A stretch of DNA of 64,000 nt, taken from Mobula hypostoma (Eukaryota). Under the pieces are notes generated by a model, which saw only the letters and a list, made by a program, of their open reading frames with translations, was not told the DNA's origin and did not search any database. The stretch lies in the NCBI RefSeq assembly GCF_963921235.1, contig NC_086108.1, forward strand, positions 105,650,001-105,714,000, written 5' to 3'. Shown here in pieces: positions 50,385-62,261 of this stretch (within the stretch, counting starts at the first letter, position 1; each line of letters starts with the position of its first letter). A program made the position numbers and the translations under genes.

Positions 50385-50422
50385 CAGCCGACGTTTCGGG
50401 CTGAGACCCTTCGTCAGGACTG
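50385..50422 (-). ncRNA. Intact minimal type-I hammerhead ribozyme (Penelope-associated)
   Basis: 5'-CAGTC-CTGACGA-A-GGG TCTCAG CCC-GAAA-CG-TC^GGCTG-3': all core nucleotides present, stem I 5 bp (one G:U), stem II 3 bp, palindromic ACGU stem III. Confidence 0.85.
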
Positions 50423-51756
50423 ATCAAAGTCCTTGAATGTGTGTTCCAGTTGGGTGTCAGGAGGATGAGAGGTGACTTGCTCGATGTATATAAGGTAAAA
50501 AGAGACATAGATTGGGTGGACAGCTAGAGACTTTTTGCCAGGTTGGAAATGGCTAATATGATGGCACCATTTTATTTATTTATTTATTGATTGAGATACA
50601 ACACTGAAAAGGCCCTTCCAGCACTTCGAGCCACGCTGCCGCTCAGCATCCCCGATCTAATCCTAGCCTAATTATAGGACAATTTACTCTGTCCAATTTT
50701 CCTACAAGAGGTAGGTCTTTGGGATGTGGAACGAAACTGGAGCACCCAGAGGAAACTCATGGGGTTATAGGCAACCATGGGAAATAAACCGGGGTCACCT
50801 GTACTGTAAACCATTATGCTGGACACTACACTACCATGCCACCTAATTTTAAGATGATTTGAGTTAATGTCGGAGGTGGAATATCAGAGGTAGGTTTTTT
50901 ACACAGAGGGCGGTGAGTGCGTGTCTTGGGTGTTGGCAGAGGCAGATACATTAGAGACATTTATGAAACTCTTAGATAAACACATGGACGAAAGAAAAAT
51001 AGAGGGATATGCATGAGGGGAGTATTAGTTTGATCTTAGAGTAGGTTAAATGTCAGCATAACATTGTGGGCAGAAGGGCCTGTACTGTGCTGTAATGTTC
51101 TATGTTCAAATAACATTTAGTTACACAGTGAATGAAAGCACTACAAAAATATTTCTTGGACTATCTGTACTAAACCGAGAACCTTCAATCTGGATTGCCA
51201 AGATAAATGGCTAAACAAGGTACATTGTCAGTATGCACTTCTGCAGAAAATAGACTGGTGGCATTACCGGCTGGGTTGGAGGCACCCATTAACAAGATCA
51301 GGAAAGGGTGCAGAGGCTTGTTGGCTAAGCTAGCTCCATCACAGGCCTCCCCACCATTGAAAACAAATGACAAGAAGGTGATGCCATCGTGAAGGATTTT
51401 TCACTATCCAGGACATGCCTCCTTCTCATTGCTACCATCAGGGAGGAGGTACAGAAGCCTGAAGAGCCAGATGCAAAGTTTTAGAAGCAGTTTTCTCCCC
51501 TCAGCCATCAGATTTCTAACAGCCCATGGGCCCGTAAACACCACCACACTATTTCACTCTCTTTTTATACATCTTACTTTTTTATATTTTTATTGTAACC
51601 TATAAAAAGGATCTAGCAATTATTTTACAGATGTACCATGGAGCGCATTCTAACTGGTGGCATTGCCATCTGGCATGGAGGGGCCAATGCACAGGATCAG
51701 AGGGTTTTAAAATCAGCCAGGTCCATCATGAGCAATAGCCGTTGAGGACATCTTAA

Positions 51757-52558
51757 GTGTGAGGTTATCCACTGTGGTGGTAAGAACAGGAAGGCAGATT
51801 ATTATCTAAATGGAGTCAAGTTTGGAAAAGGGGAAGCACAACGAGATCTAGGTGTTCTTGTACATCAGTCACTGAAAGCAAGCATGCAAGTACAGCAGGC
51901 AGTGAAGAAAGCTAATGGCATGCTGGCCTTCATAACAAGGGGAATTGAGTGTAAGAGCAAAGAGGTCCTTCTGCAGCTGTACAAGGCCCTAGTGAGACCA
52001 CACCTGGAGTACTGTGTGCAGTTTTGGTCTCCAAATTTGAGGAAGGACATTCTTGCTATTGAGGGAGTGCAGCGTAGGTTCACAAGGTTAATTCCCAGGA
52101 TGGCGGGACTGTCATAAGTCGAAAGATTGGAGCGACTGAGCTTGTATACTCTGGAATTTAGAAGGCTGAGAGGGGATCTTATTGAAACATATAAGATTAT
52201 TAAGGGATTGGACACGCTGGAGGCAAGAAGCATGTTCCCGCTGATGGGTGAGCCCAGAACCAGAGGCCACAGTTTAAGAATAAGGGGTAGGCCATTTAGA
52301 ATGGAATTGAGGAAAAACTTTTTCACCCAGAGAGTGGTGGATGTATGGAATGTTCTGCTCCCAGAAGGCTGTGGAGGCCAAGTCTCTGGATGCTTTCAAG
52401 AAAGAGATGGATAGAGCTCTCAAAGATAGCGGAATCAAAGGTTATGGGGATAAGGCAGGAACTGGATACTGATTGTGGGTGATCAGCCATGATCACAGTG
52501 AATGGCGGTGCTGGCTCGAAGGGCCGAATGGCCTACTCCTGCACCTATTGTCCATTGT
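51757..52558 (+). mobile_element. Young CR1 LINE 3' portion
   Basis: ORFs 51884-52117 and 52127-52414; (CTATTGT)-type tail; same subfamily as 62742-63685. Confidence 0.93.
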
Positions 52559-52631
52559 CTGTTATTTATTATCTTCAAAAGGAGATGCCTCAAAAAAGAG
52601 CCATCCAACAAGAAGTGCCCTGGTCACAAGT

Positions 52632-52858
52632 GACATGCCCTCTTCCCATTACTACCAGTTGTCATTAAGGACCCCCAGCACCCAGGACATGCCCTCTTCC
52701 CATTACTACCAGTTGTCATTAAGGACCCCCATCACCCAGGACATGCCCTCTTCCCATTACTACCAGTTGTCATTAAGGACCCCCATCACCCAGGACATGC
52801 CCTCTTCCCATTACTACCAGTTGTCATTAAGGACCCCCAGCACCCAGGGTATGCCCTT
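52632..52858 (+). repeat. 54-bp minisatellite, four copies plus a partial, derived from the Rex1 ORF end
   Basis: Unit GACATGCCCTCTTCCCATTACTACCAGTTGTCATTAAGGACCCCCA(G/T)CACCCAG starts at 52632, 52686, 52740 and 52794. Confidence 0.95.
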
Positions 52859-53929
52859 TTCTCATTGTCACCATCAGGAAGGAGGTACAGAAGCCTGAAG
52901 GCACATAGTCAGTGACTGAAAAACAGCTTCTTCCCCTCTGCCATCTGATTTCTGAATGGTCCATGAAACCATAAACACTACCTGGCTACTTCGCTCTCGT
53001 TTCCAATACTTATTTTTTATTTATTATTATAATAAACACCAAAATCAATAGTGCAACATCATTACAGTACAATATTATAATTCTATTATTTATATTCTTA
53101 TTGTAATTTATGATGCATTACATTGTACTGCTCCCTCAAAACAACAATTTTCACGACATATGTCAGTGATAATAAAACCGATTCTGGTTCTGCCTGACTG
53201 ATAAATGGGATAAACACGTTGTTCTTTTTTGATATTTAGTAATGACATTTAAATAGGGGATTTGATAGTGGTATTCAGAGGATAAAAGGGAAAGATAAAC
53301 TGCAGATTATTTTCCGCTGGTGACTGTATTGAAGACACAATCTCAAGAGGAGAACTTCACGTGTAAAGGAGAGATTAGAGGAAGCCAGCTCAAGCTGAGA
53401 TATCGGATTGTATGACGCTCCGCTGCAAGGGATGATTGATTACAGTGTTCCATAATGGACTGGATAATTACTTCAAAAAAAAATCAGGAAAATGGGTCTG
53501 TGTGAAATCAGCCCCCAAGAGGGGCTGCAATTCAGTGCAGGCCAAAAAGGTCATAGGGTGTCCAACTGTGTTAATATTTCTGAGTCTTTGTGAGAATGAT
53601 AATATCCCATTAGGGACAAAAAATTCTGGCTAATTTCTTTGTTCAATTGACTATTTTTCGTGACTTTTATACTTGTCAGAGGGTTTGATCACCTTCCAGA
53701 CCTTTGAGGCCTGACAACATGCAGTTCAGACCAGCTCAGTGACTGCGGCCTGGTAAATTGGTAAATCAGTTTATCATTGTCGTATCAAGATATACGTCTG
53801 AAAAACTTCGTTTTCCATGCGGATCATTTCATCACATCAGTACATTGAGGCAGTGCAATGGAAAACAATTACTGAATGCAGAGTAGAGTGTTACAGTTAC
53901 AGGAAAAGTGTGGTACATATAGACAAGAA

Positions 53930-54520
53930 TATCTGGACTGGCTGCATTACAGCCCGGTATGGAAACACCAATGCCCTTGAACAGAAAATCCTCCAAAAAA
54001 TAGAGGATTTGGACCAGTCCATCACAGATAAACCTTCCTAATCATTGAGTAATCTACATAAAGTGCTATCATAGGAAGGCAGCGTCCATCATCAGGGATC
54101 CCCACCACCCAGGCAATGCTGTCTTCTCGCTCCTGCCATCACGTAGAGGTATAACAGAGTCAGGACTCTCACCACCAGGTTCAAGAACAGTTAATACCCC
54201 TCAACTATCAGGCCCTTGAACGAAAGGGAGTAACCTCACTCAACTTCGCTTGCCCCGTATTTGAAATGTTCCCACAACCAATGGATTCAATTTCAAGTAC
54301 TCTTCATCTCATGTCCTCGTTATTTGTTGCTATTTATTTATATTTGCATTTGCACAGTTTGTTGTCTTCTGCACTCTGGTTGAACACCTGAGTTGGGTGA
54401 TCTTTCATTGAACCTGTTATAGTTACTATTCTATAGATTTGCTAAGCATGCACACAAGAAAACGGATCTCATGAATATATGTACTTTGATAATAAAATTA
54501 CTTGGAACTTTGAACTTTAA
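53930..54520 (+). mobile_element. Rex1 LINE 3' fragment
   Basis: TGCITARYGNTNALEQKILQK; (TTTGAAC) tail. Confidence 0.8.
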
Positions 54521-55314
54521 CAATATGGTGCAAAGTCATTACAGGACAGATTGAAAGGTCAAGAGACTACAGCAGGATTTACTAACTCTTATATTCAATT
54601 CCCTTTCCAATAAGAGCAGACATGCACCTACTTAAAATTAGCAAATTGGTTTATTATTGTCTCATGTACAGAGGTACAGTGAAAAGCTTTGTTTTACATG
54701 CCATCCATACAGCTCATTTCATTGCAACAGAGTATTGAGAGAGCACAAGGGAAAACAATAGTAGAAAACAGACAAAAAGTGTTAAGGCTAAGGTGCAAGA
54801 CTCTAAGCAAGGTATTCTGTTAGGACGGACCAAGTCTTGGTATAGCAACTGCTCTGCACGCGTCCACAACAAATGGCAGAGAGTTGCAGACACAGCTCAG
54901 CACATCACAGGAATCAGCCTCCTCTCCATGGACTCCGTCTATACTTCTCACTGTCTCAGTAAAACAGCCAGAATATTCAAACCCCTCACTCACGCGACAC
55001 TCTCTTCACACCTCTCCCACCAGGCACAAGATACAAAAGTCCAAATCTTGAATACCAAGCGACTGAACCTCCCTGACCAAACTCCCATGTGGGAATTTGT
55101 TAAAGGCCTTGCTAAAATCCACGTAGACAGCATCCACTGCCGTGCCTTCATCAACTTTCCTTGTAACTTCCTCATAAAATTATATAAAAGTGGTTAGGCA
55201 AAACCAACCATGCACAAAGCTATGTTGACTATCCCTAATCAGTCCCTGTCTACCTAAATAATTATATATCTAGTCCCTTAGAATACCTACCAATAACTTT
55301 CCCACTGATAAAGG

Positions 55315-55666
55315 ACACCCAGATCTGATTGTACTTCCCTTTTTCCTAACTTGATACCATTCAGATAGTAATCTACCTTCCTGTTCTTGCCACCAAATAA
55401 ACCTCTCATTTATCCACATTAAACTGCATCTGCCATGCATCTGCCCACTGACCCAACCTGTCCAAGTCACCCTGTATTCTCATAACATCCTCCTCACATT
55501 TCACACTGTCACCCAGCTTTGTGTCATCTGCAAATTTGCTAATGTTACTTTTAGTGCCTTCATCTGAATTATTAATGTATATTGTAAATAGCTGCGGTCC
55601 CAGCACCGAGCCTTGCGGTACTCCACTAGTCACTGCCTGCCATTCTGAAAAGGACCCGTTAATCCT
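55315..55666 (-). mobile_element. CR1 RT fragment
   Basis: VTSGVPQGSVLGPQLFTIYIN...KFADDTKLG. Confidence 0.9.
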
Positions 55667-56289
55667 TTGTTTCCTTACATCATTCCAATACATAAGACAA
55701 TTACATCATATTCACGAGATACTCAAGGGACAGGTAACATTTTCGATGTTCACATGATAAATAAATCTGAATCTGAATCTTCTGAGCTCTCCACTGGGAA
55801 TACACCCACTACAATCTCCCCCATCCATTCCTCTCACTGCCTGCTCTAACAGACTTAACACAATATAATATATCACAATATCATGCATTCTGTCTTGTTT
55901 TCCTTTTACGCTAGCCCAGTGTATGTATGTATGGAATCAACTGTCTGGACGGCACGTAAAGAAAAGCTTTTCACTGAATCTCAGAACATCTGACAGTAAT
56001 AAACCAATTACTGGCACTAGCTGCTGTACCAATGCGTTTCCTTTGAATTGCTCCATAACTCCCACTGAGAGATTGATTTGCTGAATTTAGTCAGTGGTCA
56101 GTACTCATTTACCATGTAGTATAGGGAGCAGAGATTGCAGGTCCTCAGCTGACCTAACTGAAAAAGAATGTCCTATTTTGTCACAGGAGATTCTGCAAAT
56201 GCTTGAAATTTTGAGCAACACACACAGAAGATGCTGGAGGAACTCAGCAAGTCAGACAGCATCTATGGAGAAGAACAAACAGTCGATGA

Positions 56290-56653
56290 TATGGGAGGAG
56301 ATGTGGCGATTTCAGCTTGTCCAGCCAAGGAAGATCTGCAACCATGCCCCGCTCCTTCAGTGTCATCAAGAGGACATGGCCAAAATCTTCACAAGGAAAC
56401 TTTGGAGATGAACTGGGCATGTGATGAGAAGAGAGGCTAACTCTGTCTTCAAGGCAGCATTAGATTGGACCCCTGAAGGGTGGAGGAAACACGGGAGAAC
56501 TGAGACTACTTGCCACTGTACCATAAATGCAGAAAGGAAGAACCTAAACTACAGCTGGGGCACAATAGAGAAGATGGCTAAGGACCGGCTGAGATGGAGG
56601 ATCTTCATTGCTGTCCTAAACACCAGCAGCACAACAGGCAGTAGGTAGGTAGG
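56290..56653 (+). mobile_element. RTE-clade LINE 3' fragment inserted into a Penelope hammerhead repeat
   Basis: GHVMRREANS..AALDWTPEG.RK.GR..TT...SWGTIEKMAKDR.RW; (GTAG)n tail. Confidence 0.85.
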
Positions 56654-57597
56654 ATTTTGGAGGAGAACCTTCATCAGGGCTGGAAGGGAAGGGAGAAGAA
56701 TGCTATAATAAGAAGGTGGGGGGGAGAGGTCAGGAGTACAAATTGGTAGGTGATAGGTGATTCAGAAATACATGAGATTCTGCAAATGCTGAAGATCTAG
56801 AACAACACACACACACAGAGTGCAGGAGGAACTCAGCAGGTCAATCAGCTTCTATGGTGAGGAATAAACAGTTGACATTTTGAGCCCAGGTTGTTTATTC
56901 CCCTCCATAGATGGTGCCTGATCTGTTGAGTTCATCCACCATTTTGTCTGTGTTGTAGGTGATAGGTGAGACCAGGAGGGTGGGTGAGAGAGAAGTTTCC
57001 CATCATTGATGCTGTCTGACTTGCTGAGTGCCTCCAGTGTCTTGATCAGAATGGATGAGTTGGGCCAAAGGACCTGATTCGGTGCTACAATATTTGTTGT
57101 GTTGTCTCTATTTTGTCTTTTTGTCCATTTTTCTTTCATTTTATTGGAACGATTCATTGACCTGGTAAGGATGAGCTGAGGAAGAAAGCTTTAGTTTAGC
57201 AGTTAACAGACTCTATTTCCCTCAACAATGGCTTTACATAATCAGGAAATAGTAGGAATGAGGATAATTAGCCGTTAACAGATCACTTAAACAGGACATT
57301 TCATTTTGTTAAATAAAATATGACTGTAATGTCACAATATCAGTGAAGTAATTATAAACTTCAACTGCCTTCAACATTTAATATTTTACATTTTGTTAAA
57401 ATAATTAGTCCTTATAAAGCCAGAGAATTATCTGTATGAATAAATACAACAGAGAATCAGAGTAATAGAATAATGCTGTAGAGAAACAGGCCCTTTGGCC
57501 CATTTTAATATGAACCCATTTGCTTATGTTTCGACCGTATTCCTCTAAATATTTCCTATCCATGTACTTATCAAAATAACTTTTAAATGTTAGATGG

Positions 57598-57655
57598 GTT
57601 AGATTAGATTAGATTAGATTCAATTAGATTCGAACAGATCAGGTTAGATTAGATC
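57598..57655. repeat. (TTAGA)n degenerate simple repeat (retroelement tail)
   Basis: Direct inspection. Confidence 0.75.
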
Positions 57656-57792
57656 GGAAGTTAGTCACATGTACATCAAACCATACAGTGAATGCCTCAT
57701 TTGCATTGACAACCAACGCAGAATGATGATGAGCTGGGGGCAGCCCACAGAAGTAACCAACATAGAATGCCAGAAATGTTCAGCAGCACAGC

Positions 57793-58200
57793 ATGTAGTT
57801 GACAGACCAACGTTAGGTACATTACTGCCATCTACTGAGCAGGAGGATGGAACAAAGAGACAGGAAGTACTTGCCCTTCAATTTCCCCCAAACAAAAAAT
57901 CAGATAGTATCAAAAAATCTGAAACTCTTCAGAAAGTCAAATATGCAGTTATATACATTAGGACGACAGTGACATCCTAACAAACTTTCCCATGTTAAAC
58001 CGTGTCTCTCCCAAAGATCTTAATTTAGCAATTATATATTTCACTTGCACCTTATAGGATCTGCATTCTAACAGTAGCATATGCTGAAATATTTCTTGAC
58101 AACCGTACTGCTTACAAATGCCCATATCATGCATGTTGGTTCTAAACAGGGAATTATTCAACATAGTATGTCCAACATCTTCAGAGACCTCTTATCAAAG
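57793..58200 (-). mobile_element. Nimb/I-group LINE 3' remnant (zinc-knuckle end plus conserved 3' UTR)
   Basis: GHTMLNNSLFRTNMHDMGICKQYGCQEIFQHMLLLECRSY resembles the I-group RLRxGH...C..C..E.xxHxxxxC end; 3' motif CAGTAGATGGCAGTAATGTACCT..GTTGG. Confidence 0.65.
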
Positions 58201-58364
58201 ACTTTTCTTAAAAGACCTTTCTTGCCTGGACTGACTGCACATTATCTGCAAAGCATCTTTGCCTGGACAGTACATTAACCCTTTCCTAGCTGCACCTTCC
58301 ACTATAAAAGAAGAAAAAAAATGTAATTGAGGAAGAAATGAAATGTAAATTGTTGAAGACTCAA

Positions 58365-58775
58365 TGCCCCCAGTTTAGAAGAATGGTGGGGAGGGGGGTG
58401 AAATCTCACTGAAACTTGTCAAATATCAAAAGGCCTAGATAAAGTCAATGTTGAGTGGAGGTTTCCTATGGTGGCAGAGTCCAGGAGCAGAGGACACAGC
58501 CTTAGAATACAAGGACGTCCGTTTAGAACAGAGATGAGAGATGAGAAGTCATTTTATTAGCCAGAGAGTGGTGAATCTGTGGAATTCATTGCCACAGAAT
58601 GCTGTGAAGCTAAATCTTTGAGAATATTGAAAGCAGAGTTTTGAAAAGTTCTTGATTAGTAATGGTGTCAAAGGTTATGAAGTGGAAGGCTGGAGAAAGG
58701 GGTTGAGAGGGATTGAGAGGGATAATAAGTCAGCCATGATGGATGGGGCAAACAATCTAATTCTGCTCCTAGATC
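58365..58775 (+). mobile_element. CR1 3' fragment
   Basis: AGAGAGTGGTGAATCTGTGGAATTCATTGCCACAG and other CR1 motifs. Confidence 0.8.
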
Positions 58776-59324
58776 TTCAGCCTAGTCTTAAGGTAAGTAA
58801 ACAGTAATATTACAGAACTAGTGTATTACCTGCTGAAAACAATTTAGCTAACTTCTCCAGCTGACAAAGTTCAAATTAATGCTTTAGCAGTCAAGTTACA
58901 TTGACAATGAAGGTTTGCAGATCCACCTTATCTATCTCTGGAAGGGTTCCAATTAATTTGAAAACTTCCTCTGAAACATGAGCAGATCTGCTACTTAAAT
59001 AGCCTCTATCTGGCTGTTGTGCCTTGTTTGGATTCCTCATCAGGAACAGTTGGAGTGAAGATAATTGGAAGTCACACATTCAGCTGAGCAAGTAGACAGT
59101 CTCATTTGTTCAGTTAGCTGGAACTCTCGTTTGCTTGTCTATCCGTCTCAAATCTACATTCCGAGCTGACCTTTCAGCACAGATTTTCCACCCAGTGATT
59201 AACTTTAAAGGGATTTCTGGCAAACTATAAAACTACCCGTTTTGTTGTTAAGAGGTCATTGATAGAGCTTGAAAGTAATTGCTAATAAAAGTTATTGGCA
59301 AAAGAGCTGGGGAGGATGATAAAC

Positions 59325-59826
59325 AAAGGAAATTCTGCAGATGCTGAAAACCAGTGTAACACACACAAAATGCTGGAGGAACTCAGCAGGTCAGGCAGCA
59401 TCTATGGAGCAGAATAAATGGTTGATGTTTTGTGCAGAGACCCTTCATCAGGACTGGAGAGGAAGGGGGCAGAAGCCAGGATAAGAAGATGGGGGGGGGG
59501 AGTACAAGCTGGTAGGTGAAGCCAGGGAAGTGGAAGGTAGGTGGGTAGGGGACAGGGTTGGAGCTAGGAGCTAGGAGGAGATGGGTGGAAAAGGAAAGGG
59601 ACTAAAGAAGAAGAAATCTGACCGGAAAGTAGAGTGGACCATGAGAGAAAGGGAAATTGGAGGAACAACAGAGGGAGGGGATGGGCGGGTGAGAAGAGAT
59701 GGGGTGTGAGGGGAGCCAGAATGTGGAATGGAAAAAGGGAGAATGGCAGGGGGGAGAAATTACCAGAAGTTGGAGAAATCACTGTTCATGACATCGGGTT
59801 GGAGGCGACACAGATGGAACATGAGA
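59325..59826 (-). mobile_element. Penelope-like element 3' end: ORF C-terminus, pyrimidine-rich UTR, hammerhead, terminus
   Basis: 59825-59760 reads LMFHLCRLQPDVMNSDFSNFW*, resembling the PLE GIY-YIG end LIF.LG.LQP.GMN.DFSNF; decayed hammerhead at 59418-59456. Confidence 0.75.
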
Positions 59827-60511
59827 GATTTATTTCCTCAACATACTGAGTTATTGAGTGCTGGGAATTGTTCCTCGAGAATAAAGGGAGCAAATTCAAC
59901 AGTCTGAATTATCAAGGACAAGTACTTTGTAAAACTTCACCTGGCCAAGAAGAAAGAGGAGGGAAATGGAAACTAATGGGACTCTCACTTCATAAAGCAG
60001 CTTGAGTTTCTGAGATGTATCAGTCATGGAGTGGGTAAAGAGGCTGGATCTTCTGCAGCAGTGCACAGACGGACTGACTCATCCATTCATTAGCTAGAAC
60101 GGGGGGTTTCAGATGCAATATCAGTAAGTATCAAATTGTTGCGATAGTTAACAAATTAAGTGTGCGCGGTAGTGCGGCTGTTAGCGAGATCAATTTACAG
60201 CACCAACAATCACCGACCGGGATTCAATTCCCACTGCTGCTTGTAAGGAGTTTGTAACTTCTCCCTGTGTGCTCCTGTTTCCTCCCACATTCCTACCACA
60301 TTTGTTTTGGTTAGAGTTGTGGATATGCTATGTTGGCACTAGAAGCTTGGTGACCCTTGCAGGCCGCTCCCAATACAATCCTCGCAGACTTGATTTGACA
60401 CAAACTGTTGTGTAATACTTGAATAATCTTGTAAATAAATTGTTTGATTAAGCTCTCTTGTTTATTTCAGTAATTCATCATGGGTTATATGTATAATGAC
60501 GTGAACTGTGT

Positions 60512-60992
60512 ACGTTCGTTCGCAAATATTTTGTCACCAGTTGAGGTGACATCATCAGGGCACAATTGAGTGTCGTTTCTGCTCAGTGCTCATGTTTATA
60601 TATGTCTGACTCACTGTTCTAATTGGTTAGCTGTTGTGCTGGGCACTAGTCTCCGCAGGGTCCTGGCCAACCGGATAGCTGAGTGATTTCCACTGGCCCG
60701 TATCCCTGGTCATCGGTCATTGTAAGCATTGTTCCCACGTGCTCACAGCTCACCCCTTGACCCTGATCCCACAGACGCATAGGTTCATAAACTGTGTCCA
60801 GTTCAAGATGCTTATTAATGGAGTCTTCCATTGAGAACCAAGCTTCAAAGAATTCTCTTGATTTCTTGTTTTGTGCTTCTGCTAGGGTGTTCATAGTTTC
60901 CCAGACGAACTTATGTCCTTCTTGGTCTTCAGATACAGAGGCTCGGCAAACAACCATACAATCAAGCAGCCGGCCCGAGCTGCAAATCTTCT
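60512..60992 (-). mobile_element. Second Penelope-like family: GIY-YIG C-terminus, pLTR with hammerhead, inverted terminal piece
   Basis: ORF 60646-60999 contains EGHKFVWE...AQNKKSREFFEAWFS.EDSINKHLELDTVYEP. Confidence 0.8.
60521..60563 (-). ncRNA. Degenerate type-I hammerhead ribozyme
   Basis: TGCC-CTGATGA-T-GTCACC tcaact GGTGAC-AAAATATT-TGCG: perfect 6-bp stem II; GAAACG appears decayed to AAAATA at CpG sites. Confidence 0.6.
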
Positions 60993-62261
60993 CTTTCATT
61001 TCAAACCTTTACTAATCATTAATCTATCAACCTCTGCTTTCAGTATACTAATGACTTGGCCTCTACAGCCATCTGTGGCAATGAATTCCACAGATTCACC
61101 AACAGGAGCCTGAAGAAATTTATCCTTATCGCTGTTTTATAGGGATGGCATGGACCATTTGGGCCGAGGAGCCTGCTTCCATCCTGTAGAACCCCGTGAC
61201 CTCTTCAGAAGGAGGGTTCGAGAATTAGAAGCTATAGTTTGAAATATAGGGTCACCATCTGGGATGGAGATGGCAAGGAATTTCTTACCTTAGATGGTCA
61301 TCAGTCTTGGGACTTCTGTACCTCAGAGACCTGTGGAATCATTGATCATATTTAAGATGGAAAGTGGCGGGAATTGAACCTACAAAGGAGACAACAGGAA
61401 TGGGGGCAGCACAGGGAATTAATGCTGTAACCAACATCAGATCAGCCAGTTTATTATCAAAATATGTATATATCACCGTGTACTTCCCTGAGAATCATGT
61501 TCTTGTGGGCATTCAGAATAGAATAAAGAAATACGATAGAATCAATAAAAAAACTACACACAAAACTGACAAACAACCAATGTGCAAAAGAAAAAAGAGT
61601 CTGCAAATACTGATAAGAATAAAAATAAATAAATAATAAATTAATAATACTGAGGACATGGGTTGCCAAGTCCTTAAAAGAGGTCCATAAGAATTTTATG
61701 AAATTATACATAAAGAAAAATTAACAGACAACTAATGTGGATAAGAAGACAAACTGTGCAAATAAAAGAAGTAAATACAGAGGATGTGGGTTCTAAAGAG
61801 TCGTTGGAGGTTTATCTGTTGTGGAGTCAGATTTGAGTTATAGTGAGTGAAGTTATTCACTCTAGTTCAGGAGCCTGATGGTTGAGGAATAATCACTGTT
61901 CCTGAACCAGGTCGTGTGGGACTTAAGGCTCCTGTACCTCCTTCCTGATGGCAGCAGTGAGAACATGCCAGAAATGTGGACTAGAATCTTGGAATGTAGA
62001 ACCAAACTTGTCATAAGCTCTTTCTCTCAAGGTCAGCCATTCTGTAAATCAGCCTCTGGCCTCAGTCAAGTTTGCATCGTGATCTTGTCATTGCTAGCTT
62101 TCAGTTTATATTAGTGATGATCATTCAGTTTGTGTACGTAGGTATCAATTACTGCAGAAGGAATTTGACCTAAGGCTTCTCAACCGTGTGCACTGAAAAA
62201 AGTACGTAAAACACACACATAAACACAGGAGATTCTGCAGATACTGGAAATACAAAACTGA

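Noticed and set aside
52632..52858. CRISPR-like array
   Set aside because: Units are head-to-tail with no unique spacers, derive from a Rex1 LINE, and there are no cas genes in this vertebrate context.
52473..52898. 141-aa ORF with 18-aa repeats
   Set aside because: Produced by a CR1 tail running into the 54-bp minisatellite.
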